Part shown: positions 8,454 to 16,282 of the stretch, in pieces | How the letters are laid out: every line of letters starts with the position of its first letter | Position numbering within the stretch: the first letter of the stretch is position 1 | Source of the DNA: an uncultured Methanosarcinales archaeon | GTDB taxonomy: Archaea; Nanobdellota; Nanobdellia; Woesearchaeales; CAYMBN01 | NCBI GenBank assembly: GCA_964388715.1 | Contig: CAYMBN010000003.1 | Location: forward strand, 106,322-126,321 | Direction of reading: 5' to 3' | DNA: 20,000 bases | Notes under the pieces: generated by a model | Database searches by the model: none | Seen by the model: only the letters and a program-made list of their open reading frames with translations | What the model was told of the DNA's origin: nothing | Position numbers and translations under genes: made by a program

Positions 8454-11400
8454 ATGAGTTTGATAATTAATGATGCAATTGAAGTAAGAACTAAAGATAA
8501 AAAAAGTAATTACTTTATTAGTTTTCGTTCTGATGATAAAACAGTTGGACATTTTTGTTCTCCTGTTCCTGAAGATATTGACACAAATAAAAGGAAATCT
8601 TTAATGTGGGATATTGGAATTTTACATAGAGGAGTGGAAATTGAACTTCCAAGTTTAAGACGAGTTTTTGAATTACAATCAAGTATTGAAGATCTTCTTC
8701 AATCAGACGAGGATGAGTCAATGATGATTAGTGAAGCAAAAGAACAATTAGATAATCTATTGAAAGAGAATGATTATGGGGTTTCTGAAATTGATGATGA
8801 TATTTTTATGTTGAAATTGCATCTAAATATTCTGAGACAAGATGATAAAGGAGATTTTTACATTTATGGTGTTAGAAGGACAGAAGATTCTTGTCATGAA
8901 ATAATTGATTGGACAACACTTGTTGAAGATATTGAAACAAGATATTTTACTCCTTCTCAAGATAAAGAATGGGGGATTCCTGATCGTCATATTGCTAGGT
9001 TGTTAGACTTATCAGGAAAGTGGAGTTTTGAAAGTTGTAAAGGTTTTTTTGGTAAGTCATACAACGAGTTAAAAGATATAATGAAAAAAGCTTTCAAGCA
9101 GAGGAAAGAATGTATAACTCATGATGGGATGTTGTGGTTTAAGGATGGAAAGTATTCAGGGCAAGTACATACTGTATATGGTACTACTTTGAATAATGAA
9201 GAAATTAGAAATATAAAAGCAACAATGAGATACTTAAATGGTGAAGAAGTAGTAGTTGACTTTGATATTATATCTCATGAGTTAAGTAGTGCTAAAGTAG
9301 ATGAAAAATATGAAGAGTTTTTAGGAAAACTTTACAGATACAAAGATAGAAGGTCTGTTTTTAAGGAATTCAGAGTTGATAGTGTTGATTATTCTAAGTT
9401 TGAGGAATCTTGTGTGTTAAAGGATAATCAAATTAATAATTTATACAGAAATTGTGTTGAAAAATTGAAGAATGGTATTAATCGTTTGAAAATTAAAGGA
9501 GTTGATCCTTATGCTATAACACCAAAAGAAGAAGAAAGGATTAAGGAAAAAGTAAGAATTTCTGTTGAAACAGTAAAAATAAATAATTTTTTTAGAAATA
9601 TGGATGTTGATCAAAGATGGCAAATAGGACATGATATTAAAACACATTTTGAGCAAGTTAGGATGGGTGAAGCAACAACTGCAGAAGAAATAAGACGTAA
9701 TTCTTTTAATCATTGTTATCATAATGCTTCTTTTGATGTTCCAAAAAAGAAAGAACAAGATACTGAAAGAATTAGTGATACTGGATGGCAAATTGGTAAA
9801 CATGGGGAAGCACCTAGAACATATGGCAAGAGTGAATTTAATAGAAGAGTACATCTTGCTGGAAGAATTTATTTAGATACCTTGGATATAATGAAAAATA
9901 TCTTTCCTGAACTAGGGAAGTATAAACTAGAACACTCATTAAAATATCTTGCTAACTATTTAGGATTACAACTACCTGATATTGAGATTGAAGTTAATGG
10001 AAAAAAGATAAATATTACTCGAAAAGGTGTTAAAGCAATTAGTCATGAAGATATTAGTCCATTAAATTACTTAGCAGAACTTGGTGATCATAAATCAAGA
10101 AGAGAATTATTATATTATCAGATTGCTGATGTTATGAATACAACTTGGTTTGAAAGGAATCTTTCAAGTTTTCTTATACCAATAATAAATATACATGAAG
10201 TGACTAGTTACAGTTTGAGTGATATTATACACTCTGTTAGATCAATGAAAGAAACATGGGATAGGATTTATTTCCTTGGTGGAAAAAAGCATAAAGAATC
10301 ATATGTAACTAGAAGAAAACAAATTTATATGAAGAGAATGGATAGTGGTTTTAAATCATATTTGGGAAGTTGGTTAGGATTTCAAAAACATTTGTGGTGT
10401 GAGATTGAAGAAGATAAAGGTAAAAATAAAAAAGTAAAGAGGAAAAAAACTTTGGAAAGAGTATCTGCTCCTGAGAATACTATTGCTGTTTATATTCCAA
10501 TTGTTGACTGTTTTAGAGGTCTTATTTTAAATAAATTTCCTGAATATAAAAAAATACTTGAAGATCACAGTGTCAGAAGGAATCTTATTATTGAAGATGA
10601 AGATGGTTTTTATGATATAGATGAAACTTCTCCAGAGTATTATAAAGAAAAAGCTCTTTTTAATGTGGAAAATGATCCTGGTGTAGCTGTTCATCAAAGA
10701 AATCAATTAGTTTATACAAGATACTTAGAAAATATTCTAAAGGATGTATTCTTTGATAGGTATAATATTGAATTTTTTGAAGGAATATATAACAAAAGTT
10801 TAGGGTTATGTGAAGTGCAAGAAAGTGATTTTGATTCTCTTGTTGAAAAAATAATTGAGGATAAAGAAAAAGAAGTAAGAACAAGACGTCTCCATTGGAG
10901 AATGAAGAGAGTTATTAATAGTGCAAATAAATTTTTTGAAAAACTTGATCGTATGAAGGAAAAATTTGGTACTGGGTTAAAACAAAAAGAATATGCAAGT
11001 ATTTTAAGGAGTAGTGTTGGTATTAAAAGAAGAACTGCAACTAGAAGAAAAAATGAATTATTTAATGGTGGATATAATGATAATCCTGATGATTTTAAAT
11101 GTTTAAATCTGTGTGAATTGGTTAATCCTGAAATTGAAATTTTAAGAGAATTTAGAGAGCAAGGGTATATTAGGGCCAGAGTAGATAAAAGAGAGAAATC
11201 TCTTTCGTTGGAAGAACTTCAACAAAAGGATTCTGATCTTTATGAACTTTATGAGAAATTTAGTTCTGCATTTGAAGATTATGAACATTATTTTTCTAAT
11301 CCCAATTTTAGTGGAGTAATTTCTGATGTGTATAAGGGGGTAACTGATAGATTAAATTTGGAAAATGCAGTTTATCTTGATCTGATTAGAAAGGAAATGA

Positions 11401-11669
11401 AACACGCACGATGGAAGTTTCAAAGAAGATACAAATTAGAACCTGAAAAGTTTGATGAGATGAAAGATGAGTATTTTAAGAGAATATCAGAGTTCTTAGA
11501 AATGAATAATTTGGTAGCACATAAACAAAGTGGGTTTACTTTATATCTTATTGCAAATGGTGATCAAGAACATGCTATTCAAGCTATAAAAGATTCAAAT
11601 TGTTTAATTTATGCATGTAATTTGAGTTGGGAGCAGTTTAATCTTAGAAAAAGGGGAAAACCTAAATAA
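8454..11669 (+). CDS. Highly diverged, probably inactivated family-B DNA polymerase derivative
   Basis: ExoI-like RKSLMWDIG, ExoII YHNASFDVP, beta-hairpin and GRIYLD, KYKLE...LANYLG, ExoIII LLYYQIADV; no DFxSLYPS or YGDTDS motif. Confidence 0.72.
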   Translation: MSLIINDAIEVRTKDKKSNYFISFRSDDKTVGHFCSPVPEDIDTNKRKSLMWDIGILHRGVEIELPSLRRVFELQSSIEDLLQSDEDESMMISEAKEQLDNLLKENDYGVSEIDDDIFMLKLHLNILRQDDKGDFYIYGVRRTEDSCHEIIDWTTLVEDIETRYFTPSQDKEWGIPDRHIARLLDLSGKWSFESCKGFFGKSYNELKDIMKKAFKQRKECITHDGMLWFKDGKYSGQVHTVYGTTLNNEEIRNIKATMRYLNGEEVVVDFDIISHELSSAKVDEKYEEFLGKLYRYKDRRSVFKEFRVDSVDYSKFEESCVLKDNQINNLYRNCVEKLKNGINRLKIKGVDPYAITPKEEERIKEKVRISVETVKINNFFRNMDVDQRWQIGHDIKTHFEQVRMGEATTAEEIRRNSFNHCYHNASFDVPKKKEQDTERISDTGWQIGKHGEAPRTYGKSEFNRRVHLAGRIYLDTLDIMKNIFPELGKYKLEHSLKYLANYLGLQLPDIEIEVNGKKINITRKGVKAISHEDISPLNYLAELGDHKSRRELLYYQIADVMNTTWFERNLSSFLIPIINIHEVTSYSLSDIIHSVRSMKETWDRIYFLGGKKHKESYVTRRKQIYMKRMDSGFKSYLGSWLGFQKHLWCEIEEDKGKNKKVKRKKTLERVSAPENTIAVYIPIVDCFRGLILNKFPEYKKILEDHSVRRNLIIEDEDGFYDIDETSPEYYKEKALFNVENDPGVAVHQRNQLVYTRYLENILKDVFFDRYNIEFFEGIYNKSLGLCEVQESDFDSLVEKIIEDKEKEVRTRRLHWRMKRVINSANKFFEKLDRMKEKFGTGLKQKEYASILRSSVGIKRRTATRRKNELFNGGYNDNPDDFKCLNLCELVNPEIEILREFREQGYIRARVDKREKSLSLEELQQKDSDLYELYEKFSSAFEDYEHYFSNPNFSGVISDVYKGVTDRLNLENAVYLDLIRKEMKHARWKFQRRYKLEPEKFDEMKDEYFKRISEFLEMNNLVAHKQSGFTLYLIANGDQEHAIQAIKDSNCLIYACNLSWEQFNLRKRGKPK

Positions 11670-11672
11670 AAA

Positions 11673-11960
11673 TCATCTCAATCTTAAAGCACAATTAGGA
11701 CAGTAATTAAAGAATTTCTTGGTTGGGAAATGACATTTTGGACAACTGCCTGGTGTTTCTGTTTTTATTTTTTGTTTCTTTTTTTTAATCCTTTCATCTA
11801 GTCCAGTGAATCGCATTATGAGATGTTTTACAATGCCGAATGCAACCATTGCTATTCCTATGTAAATGAACATTTTTAGTTGTGTATTTTTTGAGAAGTA
11901 AGAAAACGCTGCAACAAATGCTCCAATTATTATGAATGCCCAACTGGATATTTTAGTCAT
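11673..11960 (-). CDS. Small membrane protein with C-terminal zinc ribbon
   Basis: Two hydrophobic helices, then CPKC...YCPNC; overlaps the serS stop. Confidence 0.75.
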   Translation of the reverse strand: MTKISSWAFIIIGAFVAAFSYFSKNTQLKMFIYIGIAMVAFGIVKHLIMRFTGLDERIKKKKQKIKTETPGSCPKCHFPTKKFFNYCPNCALRLR

Positions 11961-13239
11961 TTTTCTTTATGATTTTTTTACCATACATGTATGGTTGCAA
12001 TGCTTTTGGGATTTTTACTGAACCATCTTTTTGTTGGAAACATTCAAGAATACTTACTAATGTTCTTGAGGTTGCAACTGCTGTTGAATTTAATGAATGT
12101 GCAAATGGATTGTTTGGCATTCCTGGTTTTCCAAAACGGATGTTTAATCTTCTACATTGATAATCAGTACAATTTGAACATGAACCTGCTTCAATATATT
12201 TATTTTTTCTTGGTGACCATGTTTCTAAATCATATTTTTTTGCTGCTACAATTCCTAAATCACCTGTACAAATATTGACAACTCTGAAAGGTGTTTCAAG
12301 TTTTTTATGGATATCTTCAGTGTTTTTAATTAATTCTTCATGGAACTTCCATGAGTCTTCTGGTTTACAAATTATAATTTGTTCGACTTTATGAAATTGA
12401 TGTGCACGGAAAATTCCTTTTTCGTCTACACCATGTGAGCCAATTTCTTTTCTAAAACAAACACTATATGAACAAAGTTTGATTGGTAGTTTATCTTCAG
12501 GAATTGTTTCGTTCATAAACAATCCCATCATTGGATGTTCACTTGTTGCAATCAGATGTAAATCTTCGTCTTCAACTTTGTAAATCATATCTTTGAAAAA
12601 TTCGTAATCAGTAACACCATCAACAACTCTTTTGTTTATCATGTAAGGTGGTTCAATATAAGTGAAACCTTTTTTGACTAAAAAGTCGACTGTGAATTGG
12701 ACAAGTGCTCTGTTTAATAATGCAAAATCTCCGACGTGGAATGAGAATCCTCTTCCTGCAACTTTAGCTGCGTTTTTGAAATCAAGAATTCCAAGTTCTT
12801 CACCAATTTCACCATGTGATTTTACTGGAAAACTTAGTTTTTTTACTTTGCCATGTTTTTTTACTGCTTTGTTTTCTGTTTCATCTTTTCCATAAGGAAC
12901 ACTTTTATGCATGATGTTTGGTAATTGCATAAGTGCAAGATAAATTTCTTTTTTTAGATGATTAACTTTCTTTTCTGCTGTTTGAATCTTTTTTGGAAGG
13001 TTTTTTAGTTCTTTGATTTTGTTGGTAATACTTTTACCTTGTTTTTTTAGTTCAGCAATTTCTTTTGTGATTGTATTTTTTTTATGTTTTGATTCTTGCA
13101 ATGAGTAAAGAAGTTTTCTATATTCTGTATCGTTTTTTATTAATTCTTTTAGAAGTTTAAGTTTTTCAGTATCTTTTCTTTTTTTAAGATCGTTTTCAAG
13201 TATTTTTGGATTGTTACGAATAATGTTTATGTCAAGCAT
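11953..13239 (-). CDS. serS: Seryl-tRNA synthetase (standard type)
   Basis: MLDINIIR, LIATSEHP, motif 2 FRKEIGSHG..KGIFRAHQFHKVEQ, AAKKYDLETW, SCSNCTDYQ.RRL, HSLNST. Confidence 0.98.
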   Translation of the reverse strand: MLDINIIRNNPKILENDLKKRKDTEKLKLLKELIKNDTEYRKLLYSLQESKHKKNTITKEIAELKKQGKSITNKIKELKNLPKKIQTAEKKVNHLKKEIYLALMQLPNIMHKSVPYGKDETENKAVKKHGKVKKLSFPVKSHGEIGEELGILDFKNAAKVAGRGFSFHVGDFALLNRALVQFTVDFLVKKGFTYIEPPYMINKRVVDGVTDYEFFKDMIYKVEDEDLHLIATSEHPMMGLFMNETIPEDKLPIKLCSYSVCFRKEIGSHGVDEKGIFRAHQFHKVEQIIICKPEDSWKFHEELIKNTEDIHKKLETPFRVVNICTGDLGIVAAKKYDLETWSPRKNKYIEAGSCSNCTDYQCRRLNIRFGKPGMPNNPFAHSLNSTAVATSRTLVSILECFQQKDGSVKIPKALQPYMYGKKIIKKND

Positions 13240-13285
13240 TATATCACCTGTTTTTAGATAAATAATTACTTAATAGTTTATATAA

Positions 13286-13972
13286 TTATTGTTTAATATA
13301 ATATTTCTTACCGATCATTCTTCCTAGGTATAAGAATGGAGTGTCAATTATTGCAACAAATAGTTTCATTATGTAAGTTGTTATAAGTACTTGGAACCAA
13401 ACATTCATTGGCCAAATTCCTAAGAATGCTATTGAACAGAAAAGTACTGAGTCTATTAATTGGCTTGTTAATGTTGATAAGTTGTTTCTTATCCAGAGGT
13501 GTTTTCCGTTAGTGACTTTTTTCCAGAAAAGGAATGCCCAGACATCATGGAATTGGCTGATTAAGTATGCAACTAAACTACCAGCTACTATTCTAAACAT
13601 TGGTGTGAAGAGTGCTTTTAGATGTGGTTGACTAAAGTCGCTTGGGTCTGGAGTAAATAAAAGTGAAATCTGCATCATGATCAGAAAGAATATCATTGCG
13701 TAGAAACCTAACCAAACTCCTTTTTTTGCCTCTGCTTTGCCGTAAAGCTCTGATAAAAGGTCTGTGGCAAGGAAAATACTGCCATAAAGGACGTTTCCAA
13801 GGGTTACAACCATACCTAAGATGTTAACTGTCTTGATAACTTGGATGTTGGCAGCGATTATGCTGATGATTATTGCTGTGTATAAACCAAGTTTACCATA
13901 AAGTCTGTATAAAATTAGGATCAGAGATAAGTCAATTATCAAGAATATGAGCCAGAGTAGGATTGTGTTCAT
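13286..13972 (-). CDS. yhhQ: Queuosine/7-deazaguanine precursor transporter (YhhQ/VUT family, COG1738)
   Basis: ANIQVIK, FLATDLLSELYG...AKKGVWLGF, RIVAGSLVAYLISQFHDV, LWIRNNLSTLTSQLIDS, DTPFLY; multiple TM helices. Confidence 0.88.
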   Translation of the reverse strand: MNTILLWLIFLIIDLSLILILYRLYGKLGLYTAIIISIIAANIQVIKTVNILGMVVTLGNVLYGSIFLATDLLSELYGKAEAKKGVWLGFYAMIFFLIMMQISLLFTPDPSDFSQPHLKALFTPMFRIVAGSLVAYLISQFHDVWAFLFWKKVTNGKHLWIRNNLSTLTSQLIDSVLFCSIAFLGIWPMNVWFQVLITTYIMKLFVAIIDTPFLYLGRMIGKKYYIKQ

Positions 13973-14102
13973 TTTTACTAATGTCTGTTGTTTTGTTTAA
14001 AATTTTTGTTGTTTTGGAAAATAGAGTTTTTAATTACATCAGCTTAGATACTAGAAATTGGTAGTTTGGTGGATTATCGTCTGAAAAAGGTGTGAGAAAA
14101 CC

Positions 14103-14118
14103 GAAAGGTTTAAATACT
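14103..14118 (+). promoter_or_regulatory. Putative BRE-TATA promoter of tfb
   Basis: GAAAGGTTTAAATA matches the archaeal BRE plus TTTAAATA; SD AAGGTGA just before 14203. Confidence 0.55.
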
Positions 14119-14202
14119 AGTAACGTGATTTACTATATAAATTTATTGTTATATCAAAATGGGGGTAATAAGATAATAACTTAAAATAAAGGTGAGACTC
14201 TC

Positions 14203-15126
14203 ATGGCTGAATATGTAAAAAAATGTCCTGAATGTGGTGGAATTAACCTATTCTGGAACAAGGAAAAAGGAGAAGTTATTTGTAAAGATTGTGGTCTTGT
14301 TATAGAAGATAAAATGGTTGATTTTGGCCAAGAATGGCGTGAATTTGATTCTGAATCTGGTGATAAAAGAAAAAGAACAGGAGCACCTATGACTTATACT
14401 CAATATGATCAAGGTCTTGGAACAGAGGTTGGTCAGAAAGGTGATTTGTTTAAGCTTGGTGCTAAGAATAGAAACAAATTCTTTAGATTAAGGAAGTGGC
14501 AGTATAGGATTAGTACTGCAATTGAAAGAAATCTTAAATTAGCTCTGGCTGAATTAAAAAGAGTTAGTTCATTTTTAAAATTACCTAAATCTGTTGAAGA
14601 AGAATCTGCTAGAATCTATACATTAGCTGTACAAAGAGGACTTGTTAGAGGTCGTTCTATGGAAAGTGTTGTTGCAGGTGCATTATATGCTGCTTGTAGA
14701 AGACATGATGTTCCTAGAACATTAGATGAATTATCAGAAGCTAGTGGTATTGAAAAGAAAGAGATCGGTCGTACATACAGATTTGTTACAAGAGAGCTTG
14801 GAATTACAATATTACCTTCAAATCCTGCTGATTATATTGCAAGGTTTGCATCTGCATTAAAGCTAAGTGCTGAAACACAATCAAAAAGTGTTGAAATTTT
14901 AGAAAAAGCGCAAAAAGCTGAGTTAACATCTGGTAGAGGTCCTACTGGAATTGCAGCTGCTGCATTATATGTTGCTGCGTTGATTAACGGGGAAAAAAGA
15001 ACGCAAAGAGAGGTTGCAGACGTTGCAGGAGTAACTGAAGTTACAATCAGGAACAGGTATAAGGAATTGCTAGACAAGTTAAAGCTTGATAAAGAGATTA
15101 AGAAAAAGAAGAAAAAGAAAAGATAA
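14203..15126 (+). CDS. tfb: Transcription initiation factor IIB (TFB)
   Basis: Zn ribbon CPECG...GEVICKDCGLV, EWREFD, RTGAP, ERNL..AL, LVRGRS, GRGPTGIAAAALY, TQREVADVAGVTEVTIRNRYKEL. Confidence 0.98.
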   Translation: MAEYVKKCPECGGINLFWNKEKGEVICKDCGLVIEDKMVDFGQEWREFDSESGDKRKRTGAPMTYTQYDQGLGTEVGQKGDLFKLGAKNRNKFFRLRKWQYRISTAIERNLKLALAELKRVSSFLKLPKSVEEESARIYTLAVQRGLVRGRSMESVVAGALYAACRRHDVPRTLDELSEASGIEKKEIGRTYRFVTRELGITILPSNPADYIARFASALKLSAETQSKSVEILEKAQKAELTSGRGPTGIAAAALYVAALINGEKRTQREVADVAGVTEVTIRNRYKELLDKLKLDKEIKKKKKKKR

Positions 15127-15176
15127 TTTTCTTATTATTTTTAAAAAAGTAGGTGATTGATAGAGAGGATATCACA

Positions 15177-15440
15177 ATGAAAAACAAACGAGCAAGTGCA
15201 GCTTTGGTAATATTGATCATTTTAATAGTTATAATTGTAATTGGATGGCTTATTAAGATTGGTAATAGACAATGTGACCATAATAATGATTGTGGGAAAG
15301 AACATTATTGTGGTAGTGATTTTCAATGTCATGAGTTTCAGATAATTGAGAAAGATGTTGTACATTATCATTTCACAACTCCTGCAATCATATTAGGAAT
15401 ATGTTTGATTATTGCTGCTTATATTTTTAAACAGAAATAA
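15177..15440 (+). CDS. Small membrane/surface protein with Cys-rich extracellular module
   Basis: MKNKRA followed by a hydrophobic stretch; CDHNNDCGKEHYCGSDFQC; C-terminal TM helix; ATG at 15177 follows GAGAGG. Confidence 0.7.
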   Translation: MKNKRASAALVILIILIVIIVIGWLIKIGNRQCDHNNDCGKEHYCGSDFQCHEFQIIEKDVVHYHFTTPAIILGICLIIAAYIFKQK

Positions 15441-15511
15441 TTTTCTTTTTTTGATATATATCCGATAGTTTTAAATATTACTATTTCTATAATCATATTA
15501 AAAGGTGTATA

Positions 15512-16030
15512 TTGGTGATACTAAAAAAGATTAGGGTTATGTTGGCTACACTTATTGTTCTATTATGTTTTACTATGATTGCTATTGATTATCATGAAAC
15601 ACCTTATACTGGTTTTGCAGTTTATTCTGGTGTTGCTGTTGATGATATGGTTAATAATCTTGATGATACAAAAACTTCTTTTAATAAAAATGTTGAATAT
15701 ATGCCTGATTATGCTAAGACAGTGTTTGGTAATGAAAGGATTAACCTGAATATTACAAGAGAAAGTGGTGAAGTTAATATTGTTGGAATTATTACTGAAG
15801 AAGGTGTTGTAGTTGAAATGGTTAATGGAAGTATAGAAAATGCAACATTAAATATTCAGACAGATGAAAAAACAATAAATGAAATAGTTGAATCAGAGGA
15901 TCAAATTACAACATTTAGAGAAGCTTTTGATGAGGAAGAGATTGAATTTAAGGCTACTAGATTTGGTTTGAAAGTTAAGATGTGGTTTGCTAAACTTGTT
16001 CTGAAAATCATGGGTTGGTTTGGAAAGTAA
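15512..16030 (+). CDS. Hypothetical membrane-anchored acidic protein (C-terminal part weakly SCP2-like)
   Basis: N-terminal TM followed by TGFAV; FGNERINLNI...ATLNIQTDEKTI...; SD AAGGTG upstream. Confidence 0.6.
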   Translation: MVILKKIRVMLATLIVLLCFTMIAIDYHETPYTGFAVYSGVAVDDMVNNLDDTKTSFNKNVEYMPDYAKTVFGNERINLNITRESGEVNIVGIITEEGVVVEMVNGSIENATLNIQTDEKTINEIVESEDQITTFREAFDEEEIEFKATRFGLKVKMWFAKLVLKIMGWFGK

Positions 16031-16049
16031 ATTCTTCTTGAAAAAAACA

Positions 16050-16062
16050 AAGATTTATAAAT
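16050..16062 (+). promoter_or_regulatory. Putative BRE-TATA promoter for the ncRNA/tRNA-Glu transcript
   Basis: AAGATTTATAAAT about 25 nt upstream of G16087. Confidence 0.55.
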
Positions 16063-16085
16063 GAAAATAGAAAATCTAATCTATA

Positions 16086-16167
16086 TGCGTGTTGTTGTAG
16101 CCGCGGGAACTGGTTACGCTCAGTTCACACGCAAAATAAGACTCCTAGTTGTTTCACAACCGGAGTC
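16086..16167 (+). ncRNA. Unidentified structured RNA upstream of tRNA-Glu
   Basis: GC-rich island with stems TGCGTGT/ACACGCA, GAACTG/CAGTTC, GACTCC/GGAGTC and GTTG/CAAC. Confidence 0.5.
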
Positions 16168-16173
16168 AAATAC

Positions 16174-16280
16174 GCCCCGTTGGTGTAGCCCGGCCAATCA
16201 TTTTGCCCTTTCGAGGCAAAGACTCGAGTTCAAATTCCAACAAGGTTCAATCCTACGGATTGAAAGTCTCGGACGGGGCA
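16174..16280 (+). tRNA. tRNA-Glu(TTC) with a 32-nt non-canonical T-loop intron (16235-16266, position 59/60)
   Basis: Acceptor GCCCCGT/ACGGGGC+A; anticodon stem TTGCC/GGCAA with loop CT-TTC-GA; T-arm TCGAG-TTCAAA|T-CTCGG is restored by removing the insert; 75 nt mature. Confidence 0.9.
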
Positions 16281-16282
16281 TT

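Noticed and set aside
8634..9719. Intein as the explanation for the PolB insertion
   Set aside because: No convincing intein N-terminal block, LAGLIDADG motif or HN-C/S/T junction; the HN at 9720 is followed by Ala and belongs to ExoII
8454..11669. Casposon, virus or plasmid carrying an active PolB
   Set aside because: No cas1, integrase, capsid gene or terminal repeats seen; flanks are housekeeping genes and the polymerase motifs are lost
13973..14100. preQ1 riboswitch upstream of the YhhQ gene
   Set aside because: No matching stem-loop plus A-rich tail pseudoknot seen; region is simply AT-rich
15100..15126. Poly-Lys tail of TFB as a special signal
   Set aside because: Basic low-complexity tails are common in AT-rich archaeal genes; nothing supports a specific role
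16086..16167. Assignment as SRP RNA, RNase P RNA, fluoride or preQ1 riboswitch, HDV-like ribozyme, or split-tRNA half
   Set aside because: Only fragments resemble these (TGTAG, GACTCCTA, CAAAATAAG); core motifs are missing and the adjacent tRNA is complete
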